Source: Candidatus Poseidoniaceae archaeon (GTDB lineage Archaea > Thermoplasmatota > Poseidoniia > Poseidoniales > Poseidoniaceae). From it: a stretch of DNA of 59,486 nucleotides. The notes below the pieces were generated by a model. It was not told the origin of the DNA and made no database searches. It worked only from the letters and a program-made list of their open reading frames with translations. Position numbers and translations under genes: made by a program. The stretch is from NCBI GenBank assembly GCA_964218365.1, contig CAXPMI010000002.1, positions 1-59,486 on the forward strand, read 5' to 3'. Positions 37,262 to 46,882 of this stretch are shown here, one piece after another. Numbering within the stretch: the first letter of the stretch is position 1; the number at the start of each line of letters is the position of its first letter.

Positions 37262-38188
37262 TCAAGAAGTCTTTGTGATACTTCTATACTCTAAAAGTCT
37301 AGATTCATATTCTTCAGCAGTGAGTTTTCTTATTCTTTCAGTGCCAAAATTTTCGATTGTGAATGAGGCAGTAACAGTAGCATGTACGAGAGATTCTGCC
37401 AATTCATCTCTACTTACCTCACCAGAATTTTTTGACAGGTAGTGTGCCATAGAGCCTGCAAAACTGTCACCACACCCAGTAGGGTCAACCAAATTTGAGG
37501 TCGGGAATGATGGCATTGACACCATACCATCTGGATGGAATGCTATCACACCATTTTCCCCTTTCTTGACAACGAGAATACCACCATTTTTCATTTCCAA
37601 AACAGTTTTCGCTGCCACGATTAAGTTCTCTTCGTCAGCCAACATCCGCACTTCTCCGTCATTTAGAATCAAAATGTCAACTTGTTTCATGACATCTTTG
37701 AGTTCTTCATTTGCGATTTCAATCCACAAATTCATCGAATCAAGGATTGAGACTCTACTAACCTCGGCCTGAGATAGCACTGAAGATTGAAGTGCAGGGT
37801 GCAGATTCGCACACATCAAAACTTTTGTTTTCTTTAGTGATTGGGGAACTTTAGGTTGAAAATTCTCGAAGACATTGAGGTGCGTTTCGTGAGTTACCGC
37901 CTCAGCCATAGAACCATGATAGGATCCCTTCCAGCGGAATGTTTCGCCCTGATTTACCTCGATGCCAGATACATCTAATCCTGCATTTTTGTACCAATCT
38001 AAATGCTCGGATTGGAAATCTTGCCCAATAACTCCTACAATTCCTATGCCGTTTCCAGCATTCTTATTGTTGTGAAATGCCGCTGAAAATCCACCATAAG
38101 AAGCTGAACCTCCGAGTTCATTTTCAACCGAACCAGCCGGTGTTTCTAGGCTATCGTAGGCCAAACTGCCAACAATCAATACGTCCAT
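37262..38188 (-). CDS. PfkB-family carbohydrate/nucleoside kinase
   Basis: GSLAYD, LGGSASY, NDGE, KKGENG and DPTGCGDSFAG signature. Confidence 0.9.
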   Translation of the reverse strand: MDVLIVGSLAYDSLETPAGSVENELGGSASYGGFSAAFHNNKNAGNGIGIVGVIGQDFQSEHLDWYKNAGLDVSGIEVNQGETFRWKGSYHGSMAEAVTHETHLNVFENFQPKVPQSLKKTKVLMCANLHPALQSSVLSQAEVSRVSILDSMNLWIEIANEELKDVMKQVDILILNDGEVRMLADEENLIVAAKTVLEMKNGGILVVKKGENGVIAFHPDGMVSMPSFPTSNLVDPTGCGDSFAGSMAHYLSKNSGEVSRDELAESLVHATVTASFTIENFGTERIRKLTAEEYESRLLEYRSITKTS

Positions 38189-38193
38189 TCGAA

Positions 38194-39534
38194 TCATCCC
38201 AGAAGTTCTTGATGCTCGTCGATATATGCGATTGTTATATCCCCTGCGAGGAAATCCTTCTCATCCATAATTCTTCGATGAAGAGGAATTAAATGGTCTA
38301 CACCAGTAATTAGAGTTTCATCCAATGCAGTACGCATCCTGCGAACTGCGGAATCTCTGTCTGGCCCCCATGTCAGTAATTTCGCGAGTAGGCTGTCAAA
38401 ACATCCCGGCATCTCGTAACCGGGATGTGCATGTGTATCACACCGAATGCCGAATCCTGAAGGGAAGTGACATTCCCAAAGTCTTCCAGGAGATGGGACG
38501 AAGTTTGTAGTATCCTCAGCATTCAGTCTGCACTGAATTGCGTGTCCTCTAATCTTGATATCATCTTGAGTAAGTGGAAGGCTCTCTCCTTGTGCTACTC
38601 TGACTCCTAGTTCGACAAGATTGTAGCCTGTAATCAGTTCAGTAACTGTGTGTTCGACTTGTACCCGCGGATTGACTTCCAAGAAGTAAAAGTCACCATT
38701 CTTATCTCTCAGGAACTCAAACGTTGCTAGGCCTTTGTAGCCAACTGATTCTGCTCCAGCACAAACCAAAGCGCCAACTTCTGCTCTTTTCTCGTCGCTC
38801 AACCATGGACCTTCTTCAATCAATTTTTGATGGCGGCGTTGAATTGAACAGAACCTCTCACCGAAATGAATTGCTTTTTCACCGTCTGCTAATACTTGAA
38901 ATTCAACGTGCTGCGCACCTTCGATGTATTTCTCAACGAAAACTCTGTCATCGCCGAATGCTGATTTCGCTCTACCTTGACAGAGTTTCAGTGCGCCTTC
39001 GAATTCGTCTGCAGCGTGTACAATCTGCATTCCAATTCCTCCACCTCCTGCTGCAGCCTTGATAATTACTGGATAGCCGATTACATCAGCCAACTCGCTT
39101 GCAACTTTTGCAGATGAAATCGGTTCACTGCTTCCTTTAGCGGTCGGTAGACCTGCTGCTTCCATTGCTGCTCTGGCTTCTATTTTGTCACCTAATAGTG
39201 TGATTACACCCGATGCAGGGCCAATGAATGTGATTCCTTCTTCCTCTAGCCTCTTTACGAAATGTGCGTTCTCAGCCAAGAAACCGTAACCGGGGTGGAC
39301 TGCATCACACTCTAGGTCTTTAGCAGCCTGAACAACAGCTTCAATGTCGAGATATGAATCAAGTGGATTCGCTCTCATTATTGGGTACGCAACGTCAGCT
39401 AACCTAACTGGCAATGATAGCCTGTCTTCTCTGCCGTGAATAATTGCAGCCTCAATTCCCATGTCTCTCAGGGTTCTGAGAATTCTCAATGCGATTTCTC
39501 CACGGTTTGCAATCAGTACGCGCTTGAATCCCAT
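38194..39534 (-). CDS. accC: Biotin carboxylase subunit of an acyl-CoA/pyruvate carboxylase
   Basis: LIANRGEIA, HPGYGFLAEN, KAAAGGGGIGM, CSIQRRHQKLIEE, EVNPRVQVEH. Confidence 0.88.
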   Translation of the reverse strand: MGFKRVLIANRGEIALRILRTLRDMGIEAAIIHGREDRLSLPVRLADVAYPIMRANPLDSYLDIEAVVQAAKDLECDAVHPGYGFLAENAHFVKRLEEEGITFIGPASGVITLLGDKIEARAAMEAAGLPTAKGSSEPISSAKVASELADVIGYPVIIKAAAGGGGIGMQIVHAADEFEGALKLCQGRAKSAFGDDRVFVEKYIEGAQHVEFQVLADGEKAIHFGERFCSIQRRHQKLIEEGPWLSDEKRAEVGALVCAGAESVGYKGLATFEFLRDKNGDFYFLEVNPRVQVEHTVTELITGYNLVELGVRVAQGESLPLTQDDIKIRGHAIQCRLNAEDTTNFVPSPGRLWECHFPSGFGIRCDTHAHPGYEMPGCFDSLLAKLLTWGPDRDSAVRRMRTALDETLITGVDHLIPLHRRIMDEKDFLAGDITIAYIDEHQELLG

Positions 39535-39693
39535 GTTTATGCCCAAACCAAACTAATCTATGATGAAAGCGGTCAAATTTGCACATTAAAAGCAAGTAAT
39601 TATCCCCGATTTACGGAAATAATTTACTCTTTTATGATGTTCAACGTCAAAAATATCCGCTGACCTTATACGATACTTGAGCGATTTACACCC

Positions 39694-40161
39694 ATGACCG
39701 AGAATACGGCGACGGGCGCTTCCACAATCGAAAGATTGGCTGGAAGAGACCTTAATCAAGATGGTAAAGTCATCAATTTGGTAATCTGTGGAAACTCAAG
39801 ATACTATAATTATGAATGGATTGAAGAACAATTAGATCAATGGATAAAGTGGAATGATTACCCCGACCTAATCATAATAGGAGGGGCTAGTGGAGTTGAC
39901 TACCTTGTAGAGAGGTGGGCTACAAACCAAGCGATTCCTACGGCGGTTTTTACAGAGGCATGGGGTCAACCACGAACAGGACTAGAGGACTCTGGTAGAC
40001 CTGAAGCGGCACCTACACTGGGAGAAAAGATGCTTGAAAGTGCTACACACCTAATCGCATTTCCCGGACCAAATTCAAAATGGACAACTGTAATGATTGA
40101 CCTTGCAAACCAAAAGGGAATACCGGCGGTATCGGTACCTACACCAACAGATGGATATTGA
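39694..40161 (+). CDS. SLOG-superfamily (DUF2493-like) protein
   Basis: VICGNSR.Y, IIIGGASGVD.L..RWA and LIAFPG motifs. Confidence 0.65.
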   Translation: MTENTATGASTIERLAGRDLNQDGKVINLVICGNSRYYNYEWIEEQLDQWIKWNDYPDLIIIGGASGVDYLVERWATNQAIPTAVFTEAWGQPRTGLEDSGRPEAAPTLGEKMLESATHLIAFPGPNSKWTTVMIDLANQKGIPAVSVPTPTDGY

Positions 40162-40163
40162 GA

Positions 40164-41426
40164 TCAGTACACGTCACGTAGGTAACGCTTCTGTTCCTTC
40201 ATCATCGTCTTCTCGATGAAGTGTGTTGCGTCTTCCTCGGACATTCCACCGTGTTCCATTGCGATTTCAATTAGTGCTCTGTGAACGTCTTTCGCCATGT
40301 ACTGCTTATCACCACAAATGTAGAAGTAAGCTCCTCGCTCGAACCACTCCCAGACTTCTGCTCCGTGCTCCTTTAGCCTATGTTGAACGTAAATTTTCTT
40401 CTCTTGGTCACGTGACCATGCTGTAGTAAATCTGTACATGTGCCCTTCATCCAACCAAGATTCTATTTCGTCCTTGTAGTAGAACTCAGTCTTCGAAGAT
40501 TGATCGCCGAAGAATAGCCAATTCTTTCCTGAACCACCATCATGAACCCTTTGTTCCATAAATGCACGGAATGGAGCAATACCAGTTCCTGGACCCACCA
40601 TAATGATGTCAATCGACTTGTCCTCTGGAAGTACGAAAGACTTGGTTGGAGACATGAATACTCCCACATCTGTCTTGTTTACTTCAACCTCATCTGCCAT
40701 GTAGATAGTACAGAGACCCCCTCTGTCTCTACCGTGGTGAGAATATCTGACGATTCCAACTGTTAATTCAACGAATCCTGGGTGTGCGTCGTGACTACTA
40801 GCGATTGAATACAACCTTGGTTTTAATTTGTCAATAACTTCAATGAATTCTTCTGGAGTATAACTTACTTCGAAATCCCTCATAACATCGATGTAATCTC
40901 TTGACCAGATGTAATCTTCCATTGCATCAGCATCTGTTGTTAGATGTTCTACTCTGCCGACCGGGTCGTCTCCTGGAATAGAGGGTAATAGTTCAGTGCC
41001 CATTTCAGAGTCGCCACCCATCCAGCCTGCACCTTGACCTGCAACGGATTCTCTATACCTGTCAATCATCTTTACAGTGATTCTCATTCCATTCGAGTTA
41101 ACTTTGTCAATTAGGGATTTTACGAATTTCTTGTTGACTCTGTGAATCTCGAAATCCTTCTTTAGAGCCTCCCAAATTGTTCTCTCACCGTTGTGGGTTG
41201 TAACCATGTGGTCTTGGTCCCATCCTGCCGTCTCGATTAGCAGATCAACAGTGTTTGCCGGATTCTCAGCAAGTACTCCAAGTGCGTCGCCGACTTTGTA
41301 GTCAAGTCCGGAGTCCCCTAGGTCAAAAACAACGTGGCGCGTCTCTTTGCGAGACCCTTCGCCATTCAAGACATAGCATTCAGTAATCTTAGTCATGTAA
41401 GGATTCTTTGCGCTCCAGTTAGACAT
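40164..41426 (-). CDS. FAD/NADPH oxidoreductase (CysJ/FNR-like, lacking the flavodoxin domain)
   Basis: PRLYSIASS, MVGPGTGIAPFR, AWSRD, YVQHR, YICGD and C-terminal RYLRDVY. Confidence 0.85.
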   Translation of the reverse strand: MSNWSAKNPYMTKITECYVLNGEGSRKETRHVVFDLGDSGLDYKVGDALGVLAENPANTVDLLIETAGWDQDHMVTTHNGERTIWEALKKDFEIHRVNKKFVKSLIDKVNSNGMRITVKMIDRYRESVAGQGAGWMGGDSEMGTELLPSIPGDDPVGRVEHLTTDADAMEDYIWSRDYIDVMRDFEVSYTPEEFIEVIDKLKPRLYSIASSHDAHPGFVELTVGIVRYSHHGRDRGGLCTIYMADEVEVNKTDVGVFMSPTKSFVLPEDKSIDIIMVGPGTGIAPFRAFMEQRVHDGGSGKNWLFFGDQSSKTEFYYKDEIESWLDEGHMYRFTTAWSRDQEKKIYVQHRLKEHGAEVWEWFERGAYFYICGDKQYMAKDVHRALIEIAMEHGGMSEEDATHFIEKTMMKEQKRYLRDVY

Positions 41427-41516
41427 TGAGGTCACCAGACAAAACCGCCCACCGGAACCGAATAGATGAATGTTAGGTGCGATGGTGTCTTAGAGTGGAA
41501 GCGCTTCCACTCATCA

Positions 41517-42281
41517 ATGGTCGAGGTCAGTTTGCTCGGAAGCGGCAACGCATTCCTACCCTCTGGCAGACTTCACTCGTTCTTGATGATAGACAAACAC
41601 ATCATAGTCGATTGCCCTCCAACCGCCTTAGCTTCATTGCGAAAGGCGAAAATGAGCCCATCGGACATTGATACAATACTCATCACCCACGTTCACGGAG
41701 ACCACGTCTTCGGATTCCCATTCTTCCTGCTTGAGAGAAAATACATCTCTGATAGGGAGGGGGTCAAGCCACTTACAGTTGCCGGTTCAGCGATGGTCAA
41801 GGATAGACTTGTAGAATTGTGTAAACTTGCATATCCCGGCTCTCTAGATGATTTGCTTGAGCAAATAAATTGGGTTGACACTCCTGTTGTAGACGGATGG
41901 CAAATGGAGAGATTCGAGGTATTCCATGAACCAAGCGTGGAGCCACATGGTTGGATGTTAACCAGTGACGAAGGATGGTCAATGCTGCATTCAGGGGATT
42001 CGGGGCCCTGTGATGAGTTGTGGAATCGAATAAAGAAATGCAAATTTGCGGTTGTTGAAATGGGAGTTCCCGAGTGGGTCAACACTGATGAACATCACAA
42101 ACCTAGCGACATACAAAGGTTAGCTGAGATCTGCAAAGATACAACAATGATTCTGACTCACACTTACATTGATTCAGATTATCTCATTCTAACGAAGGAT
42201 TTTCCTGAACTACCTGAAAATGTGATTCATGGTGAAGATGGAATGAATTTTATTTTAGATGAAAATGGGAATTTATGTTAA
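41517..42281 (+). CDS. Metallo-beta-lactamase-fold hydrolase (RNase Z-like)
   Basis: LLGSG, THVHGDH, HSGDS, HH and LTH motifs. Confidence 0.8.
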   Translation: MVEVSLLGSGNAFLPSGRLHSFLMIDKHIIVDCPPTALASLRKAKMSPSDIDTILITHVHGDHVFGFPFFLLERKYISDREGVKPLTVAGSAMVKDRLVELCKLAYPGSLDDLLEQINWVDTPVVDGWQMERFEVFHEPSVEPHGWMLTSDEGWSMLHSGDSGPCDELWNRIKKCKFAVVEMGVPEWVNTDEHHKPSDIQRLAEICKDTTMILTHTYIDSDYLILTKDFPELPENVIHGEDGMNFILDENGNLC

Positions 42282-42600
42282 AATTCTGGCTTATTAATTA
42301 TCATTGATTTGCGGGTAAACTCCACACTCCTGGAAATTTAATTTGAATTTAGAATCACTGGGAAATTTAGACTAAATCACACCAAAATAGTACCAAGTGA
42401 ATTTTGAATTTTTAAACAAAATCCTGAGTAAAATTTCTGTCGGCAATAAAAAAAATTCACTCCGGAAAAATTTCTAAAAAATGTATTCTAATATGTTAAT
42501 TTATTAAGGATAAGTTGGAAAAAGCGACCCCCTTTTTATACCCCCAATTGGAATCAAAGATTTGGTCAAATCCCTGTCTCTCTGCAGGTGCCCGGGATTA
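42282..42600. other. Putative replication origin upstream of cdc6
   Basis: AT-rich non-coding stretch with three CACT(N)nGGAAA repeats (42325, 42356, 42458) and a C-string + CCAATTGGAA element (~42527-42553). Confidence 0.55.
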
Positions 42601-42693
42601 GCCTTATATGGTGGACTCGGACTCGCCGGAGGCATCACGCACTGTGTGTGATGGGCCTGCAAGTAGTGGTGGAAAAAAACGAGGTGAGACTTT

Positions 42694-43935
42694 TTGACAA
42701 GAAATATTTTCGACGGTATTCTGAACCAGAAAACTCTGTTCGTCGAAAAGGAAGTTCTACGACATACTTACCAGCCTGAATCACTACCTCATCGTGATTA
42801 CGAGCGTGATCAATTATCGTTCAATTTAGTTGAAGCCCTAAAGGGTCACATTCCTTCTAACATGATCCTTTACGGTGTTACCGGGGCTGGGAAAACTGCC
42901 GTCACTAGATACGTCTGTGACCAACTTCAAGCAAAAGGTGAATCAATAGGAAGAATGGTTCATCCCGTGCTCGTCAACTGCAGACAGATTGACACACAAT
43001 ACCGTGTTTTATCTCATCTCGGTAACGCTTTACTCGAAGAGTATGAGAGAGATGAAATTCCTTTCACAGGTTGGCCAACTGACAGAGTGTTTTCTGAAGT
43101 AATTCGAAGAATGAATCAGAGAGGTGGAGTTTATGTTATCGTGCTCGACGAAATCGATCATCTAGTAAAGAAAGCAGGTGATGACCTTCTCTACAATCTA
43201 ACTAACCTAAACGCAGAGTTGAAGGATGCTAGAGCATGTGTAATCGGAATTTCCAACGATTTGAAATTTACAGATTTCCTTGACCCTAGAGTCAGAAGCA
43301 GACTCGGTCAGCAAGACATCGTTTTCAACCCTTACAATGCTGAACAACTCCAGGATATTCTACGCTCTAGAGCTGAAGTGGGAATAAACAAGGATGCAAT
43401 CGGAGCAGGTGTAATCGAGTTATGCGCTGCATTAGCTGCTCAAGAACACGGTGATGCGCGCTGCGCTCTTGATTTACTACGTGTTTCAACCGAAAAGGCA
43501 GAACAGGAAGGGCTTGACATCGTTGAACAAAACCACGTTCGAATCGCACAAGCACAGATTGAATCTGACCAAGTTACTCCTGTGATACGAACACTACCAA
43601 CTCAACAAAAACTCGTCTTAGCTGCAGTTTTAATCAACGAGAATAATGGCTTGAGAAATATGCAAACCGGTGAAGTATACCATATTTACAAACAGGCATG
43701 CACGAACATTGGGCAACAATTCCTCACCTCAAGAAGAATTTCCGGAATTATTTCCAACCTAGATATGCTTGGATTGATTACTGCAAAGACGATTTCAAGA
43801 GGGAGATATGGAAGAAGTAAGGAGATTAACTCCTGCATTCCTACAAACATCAATCCTTCTGACGTTATGGCAAAAGCAGAACCCACACTGAGCGAGGTTT
43901 TCCAAGCCAAATACCGTCATCAATCTAGACTTTGA
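42694..43935 (+). CDS. cdc6: Orc1/Cdc6 replication initiator
   Basis: Walker A YGVTGAGKT, Walker B IVLDEID, LDPRVRSRL, HGDARCALDLLR, C-terminal wH (SRGRYGR); GAGGTGA SD before TTG. Confidence 0.95.
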   Translation: MTRNIFDGILNQKTLFVEKEVLRHTYQPESLPHRDYERDQLSFNLVEALKGHIPSNMILYGVTGAGKTAVTRYVCDQLQAKGESIGRMVHPVLVNCRQIDTQYRVLSHLGNALLEEYERDEIPFTGWPTDRVFSEVIRRMNQRGGVYVIVLDEIDHLVKKAGDDLLYNLTNLNAELKDARACVIGISNDLKFTDFLDPRVRSRLGQQDIVFNPYNAEQLQDILRSRAEVGINKDAIGAGVIELCAALAAQEHGDARCALDLLRVSTEKAEQEGLDIVEQNHVRIAQAQIESDQVTPVIRTLPTQQKLVLAAVLINENNGLRNMQTGEVYHIYKQACTNIGQQFLTSRRISGIISNLDMLGLITAKTISRGRYGRSKEINSCIPTNINPSDVMAKAEPTLSEVFQAKYRHQSRL

Positions 43936-43998
43936 GAGGCAACCTGTCTTGTCTTTGCTATGCCAAGACTCTTAAACGCGACTTAGGTCGAACGGCGC

Positions 43999-44547
43999 AT
44001 GAGCGACAACGGAGAGAATGCACAGGACAATCTGGGCACAATTCTGTTTAGTCCATCCAAAACACTTGCAACATGGTATTTTTGGATTGGATTGTTAGGT
44101 CTATTACTAGCAGTTCTCAACCTCATGGGGATGATTCACCCTACTTACAGAGTATCGTGGGGAGGATTGCTTACTTTCGAATACATGAATGACGCATTTG
44201 GCGACAAGGATACTGCCGCCGCTTTTGTAGCAGGCGATGCAGTTTTCATGGCGATTTTCGGTGGTATGACTTTCTTGGGTGCACGCTCCCTAATCGGTGA
44301 CGATAGCCCTCAAGAATGGTTCACTGGCATGATAACCAACGATTGGTACAATGATTTATTGGACGTCGAGTCAGGTTGGAGCTTGGCGCTTGGAACATGG
44401 TGCATGCTAGCAAGTATGATTTTCTACTTCTACTGGGGAATTATGTACATGGCATGGATCGACCCTGGTGTATACTCAATCGCAATCGCTCTCATGGGAG
44501 CAGGTATTGTAATGCGAATGTTGTCTTCTGTTGAACATGAAGAGTGA
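43999..44547 (+). CDS. Hypothetical membrane protein (4 TM)
   Basis: 182-aa ORF with four hydrophobic segments. Confidence 0.75.
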   Translation: MSDNGENAQDNLGTILFSPSKTLATWYFWIGLLGLLLAVLNLMGMIHPTYRVSWGGLLTFEYMNDAFGDKDTAAAFVAGDAVFMAIFGGMTFLGARSLIGDDSPQEWFTGMITNDWYNDLLDVESGWSLALGTWCMLASMIFYFYWGIMYMAWIDPGVYSIAIALMGAGIVMRMLSSVEHEE

Positions 44548-44548
44548 A

Positions 44549-45571
44549 TCAGTGACCATTTCTGCGTAATAACGCATCGAGATAACCCAATATGATCCCC
44601 TGCCAAAGGGCTAAGGACCAAGATAACAACACTAGGTTGGAGTATATACCCTTCTTCGGCAGATCACTTCGTATAAATGAAAGCAACCAGTAAATCGGTG
44701 CTGCAGCAATTAACAGAACTTCTCTCGTCAATGAGTAATACATAGAATTGAGATTTACTGATTCATATGAGGACAACGTGTCAACATATTGGTATATGGC
44801 AACACCTAGCAAAGAAAGCAATGGTGTCATCCATAGAACTACCCAAGATGACCCAATAAAATCATGCCCGCTTCTCAAGATTTTGTATCTTCGGTGTATC
44901 CTGACGTGAGCCCTAGCGTCGCGCTTACGCTTTCCAAGAAATCTCTTGAGGCCTGTTTCTGGAACGTGATTTACAACAGCATTTGGAGTATAGACAATAG
45001 TTCCACCATCCTGTATTAATTTCAATGAAACTTCCATGTCTTCAGCATGGTACCATGATGGATCGAAGCCGCCGATTGCAAGGAGGCTATCGCGATTAAA
45101 CATCGAACAAGGACCGTTTGCTAAGTTAGTTCTCCGAGGCCTTGAGCGATACTTAGACTCGATTTCAATCGATCTGATCCGGGAAATTACGTCATCCGCT
45201 CGTCCGAATACAGTTCTTCCAGTGACTGCAACTACGTTTTCGCCTTCCTGAGATTTTGAAGACTCTAGCATTCTCTGAATCCAATCTGCTTCTGGGCGCA
45301 CATCGATGTCTGTTATTGCAAACCATTCTCCTTTGGATTGCTCTAATGCAGCCATTCTTCCAGCAGACAAACCAAGTTTATCTTGAGAAATCGTTGTTAC
45401 CATTTCATGCTTAGACCATTTTGCAACAACATCTCTTCCACCATCTGAAGAACCATCGTCGACAAGAATAATTTCGATTGGTGAATGGGTTTGTTCAACC
45501 AAAGATTCCATGCACCCATCAATCCAATCGACACCATCTCTAACACATACTGCTATCGATACTAGTGTCAA
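44549..45571 (-). CDS. Glycosyltransferase family 2 with C-terminal TM helices
   Basis: LVDDGSSD, TDID, GGFD and AEDME motifs. Confidence 0.88.
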   Translation of the reverse strand: MTLVSIAVCVRDGVDWIDGCMESLVEQTHSPIEIILVDDGSSDGGRDVVAKWSKHEMVTTISQDKLGLSAGRMAALEQSKGEWFAITDIDVRPEADWIQRMLESSKSQEGENVVAVTGRTVFGRADDVISRIRSIEIESKYRSRPRRTNLANGPCSMFNRDSLLAIGGFDPSWYHAEDMEVSLKLIQDGGTIVYTPNAVVNHVPETGLKRFLGKRKRDARAHVRIHRRYKILRSGHDFIGSSWVVLWMTPLLSLLGVAIYQYVDTLSSYESVNLNSMYYSLTREVLLIAAAPIYWLLSFIRSDLPKKGIYSNLVLLSWSLALWQGIILGYLDALLRRNGH

Positions 45572-46557
45572 TCTCTCACCTCGAATTTGGAAAGAAGTGT
45601 TCTACATTGTTCCTTGGATTCCAAAGTAGTGATTCTCAAAACAACACCTTTGTTAGGTTGGCCATATACCACATTTGTTCCTAGTGGAGCAAGTAGGTGT
45701 ATCACGATAGGAGCGAGGTCTTCTTCTCCTTCTACTTCAATACATGTAGTTTGGTCATTGTGTAATGCGCTAGCGACTGCTGTGAATAGTGATGGTGTAA
45801 TTTGTCCAGGCGGATTATGAGCATTCAGATGAACGTCGAACTTTGACAAATCGACCTTATTGTCAAGTTCAACTCTTTTCGTCATTCCATCAACTACAGC
45901 GATATCTGGAACCACACCTAAATCGAGTAAAGTAGCAGCGCAAACATCGCCTACCGCAATAATACTACCAGGTGATAAGTTTTCCATTGCGGATGACATA
46001 GCGACTTCAGGAGAATCTTCAGGTCCAGTGAATAACTCACCATTTGGCTTTTTGAGTTCCTCATCCAAACCCTTGTGGAAAAAATATGTCTGTTCTTTTT
46101 GAGAATCCTTAACCCATAATTTGCCGTCGCAATCTATGTTACCCGCTCTAATTCTAGAACTGGAAATTATTCCTCCCGATTCATCAAGACTGTGCTGTAC
46201 TTCGATTATCTCTAATGGCAATAGACCGTTTTGTAATCTGATTTCGTTTATTTTTTGACAATTCCCTAGAGTCTCTGGAGTGCAAATTATGCTGTCGCAA
46301 TCTTTGCGAATAGGTGCAGGCCCGTAATTATCATCTAATTCATGAGTTGTGATCCTTTCATCAGCCCAAGCTAGTATCGCTTCTCGCCTATCTTCGAATG
46401 ATTGGATTACTGGTGATTTTACAGCTGACATTTCGTCGTTTGTGATCCAAACTTCAACGAACTCAGCGGTTTCTAATGCTGATTCAAGGAGGACCTTGTG
46501 TCCTATGTGAAACCTGTCGAAAGTGCCACCAACTAAGCAGCGCTCCAACTTCGGCAT
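45568..46557 (-). CDS. coaD: Bifunctional phosphopantetheine adenylyltransferase / DUF359 GTP-dependent dephospho-CoA kinase
   Basis: GGTFDRFHIGH and ISSSRIRAG (PPAT); VGDV, DGMTKR, NPPG.IT, VEGEEDL and YGQPNKG (DUF359). Confidence 0.88.
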   Translation of the reverse strand: MPKLERCLVGGTFDRFHIGHKVLLESALETAEFVEVWITNDEMSAVKSPVIQSFEDRREAILAWADERITTHELDDNYGPAPIRKDCDSIICTPETLGNCQKINEIRLQNGLLPLEIIEVQHSLDESGGIISSSRIRAGNIDCDGKLWVKDSQKEQTYFFHKGLDEELKKPNGELFTGPEDSPEVAMSSAMENLSPGSIIAVGDVCAATLLDLGVVPDIAVVDGMTKRVELDNKVDLSKFDVHLNAHNPPGQITPSLFTAVASALHNDQTTCIEVEGEEDLAPIVIHLLAPLGTNVVYGQPNKGVVLRITTLESKEQCRTLLSKFEVRD

Positions 46558-46599
46558 GGCAACTACTGTCTTTGGATGGCTATTCAATGAATCGCAAGA

Positions 46600-46845
46600 A
46601 AAGGTGTGCCCCGACCCGTAACAGCCCCTGTCATCGTCTCCTCGGGAGCTTGACCCAGGGTCAGGGCGTCTGTGCAGCCGGTTGGTTGTCTCACTCTCAT
46701 TCTCTCGTCCAGCGAGGACCCATTACCGACCACATAGTCCATCGGTTTGCATCAGAGGTCATTCCCGAAAGTCACTCTGGTCTTCGTCGATGGCGCATGA
46801 CCGCAGTCATTGGTATCACAGTTCATCGAGCAGCACGCCCTCCGT
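46600..46845 (-). ncRNA. Candidate structured non-coding RNA with K-turn(s)
   Basis: GC-richer intergenic stretch; K-turn hairpin CAGAG-U-GA-CU(UUCG)GG-AAU-GA-C-CUCUG (46753-46779) inside a CCAUCG/CGAUGG stem; long-range GGGCGU/ACGCCC pairing; 3' U-run. Confidence 0.5.
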
Positions 46846-46882
46846 GTGATGTTGCATGTGCGGTCAAATGAATCTCAGATGC

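Noticed and set aside
39694-40161. SLOG protein as part of an anti-phage system
   Set aside because: Stand-alone, with housekeeping neighbours and no TIR, Sir2 or cyclase partner
40164-41426. True sulfite reductase cysJ
   Set aside because: Lacks the flavodoxin domain and any cysI/cysH neighbours
46658-46680. Plus-strand GGGTCAGG...GCAGCCG resembling SRP RNA helix 8
   Set aside because: The conserved GNRA-capped core between the flanks is absent; RNase P (GAGGAAAGUCC) and tRNA/tmRNA ends are also not found
46476-46871. 131-aa plus-strand ORF
   Set aside because: Overlaps coaD antisense, has atypical composition and no motif; better explained as structured RNA
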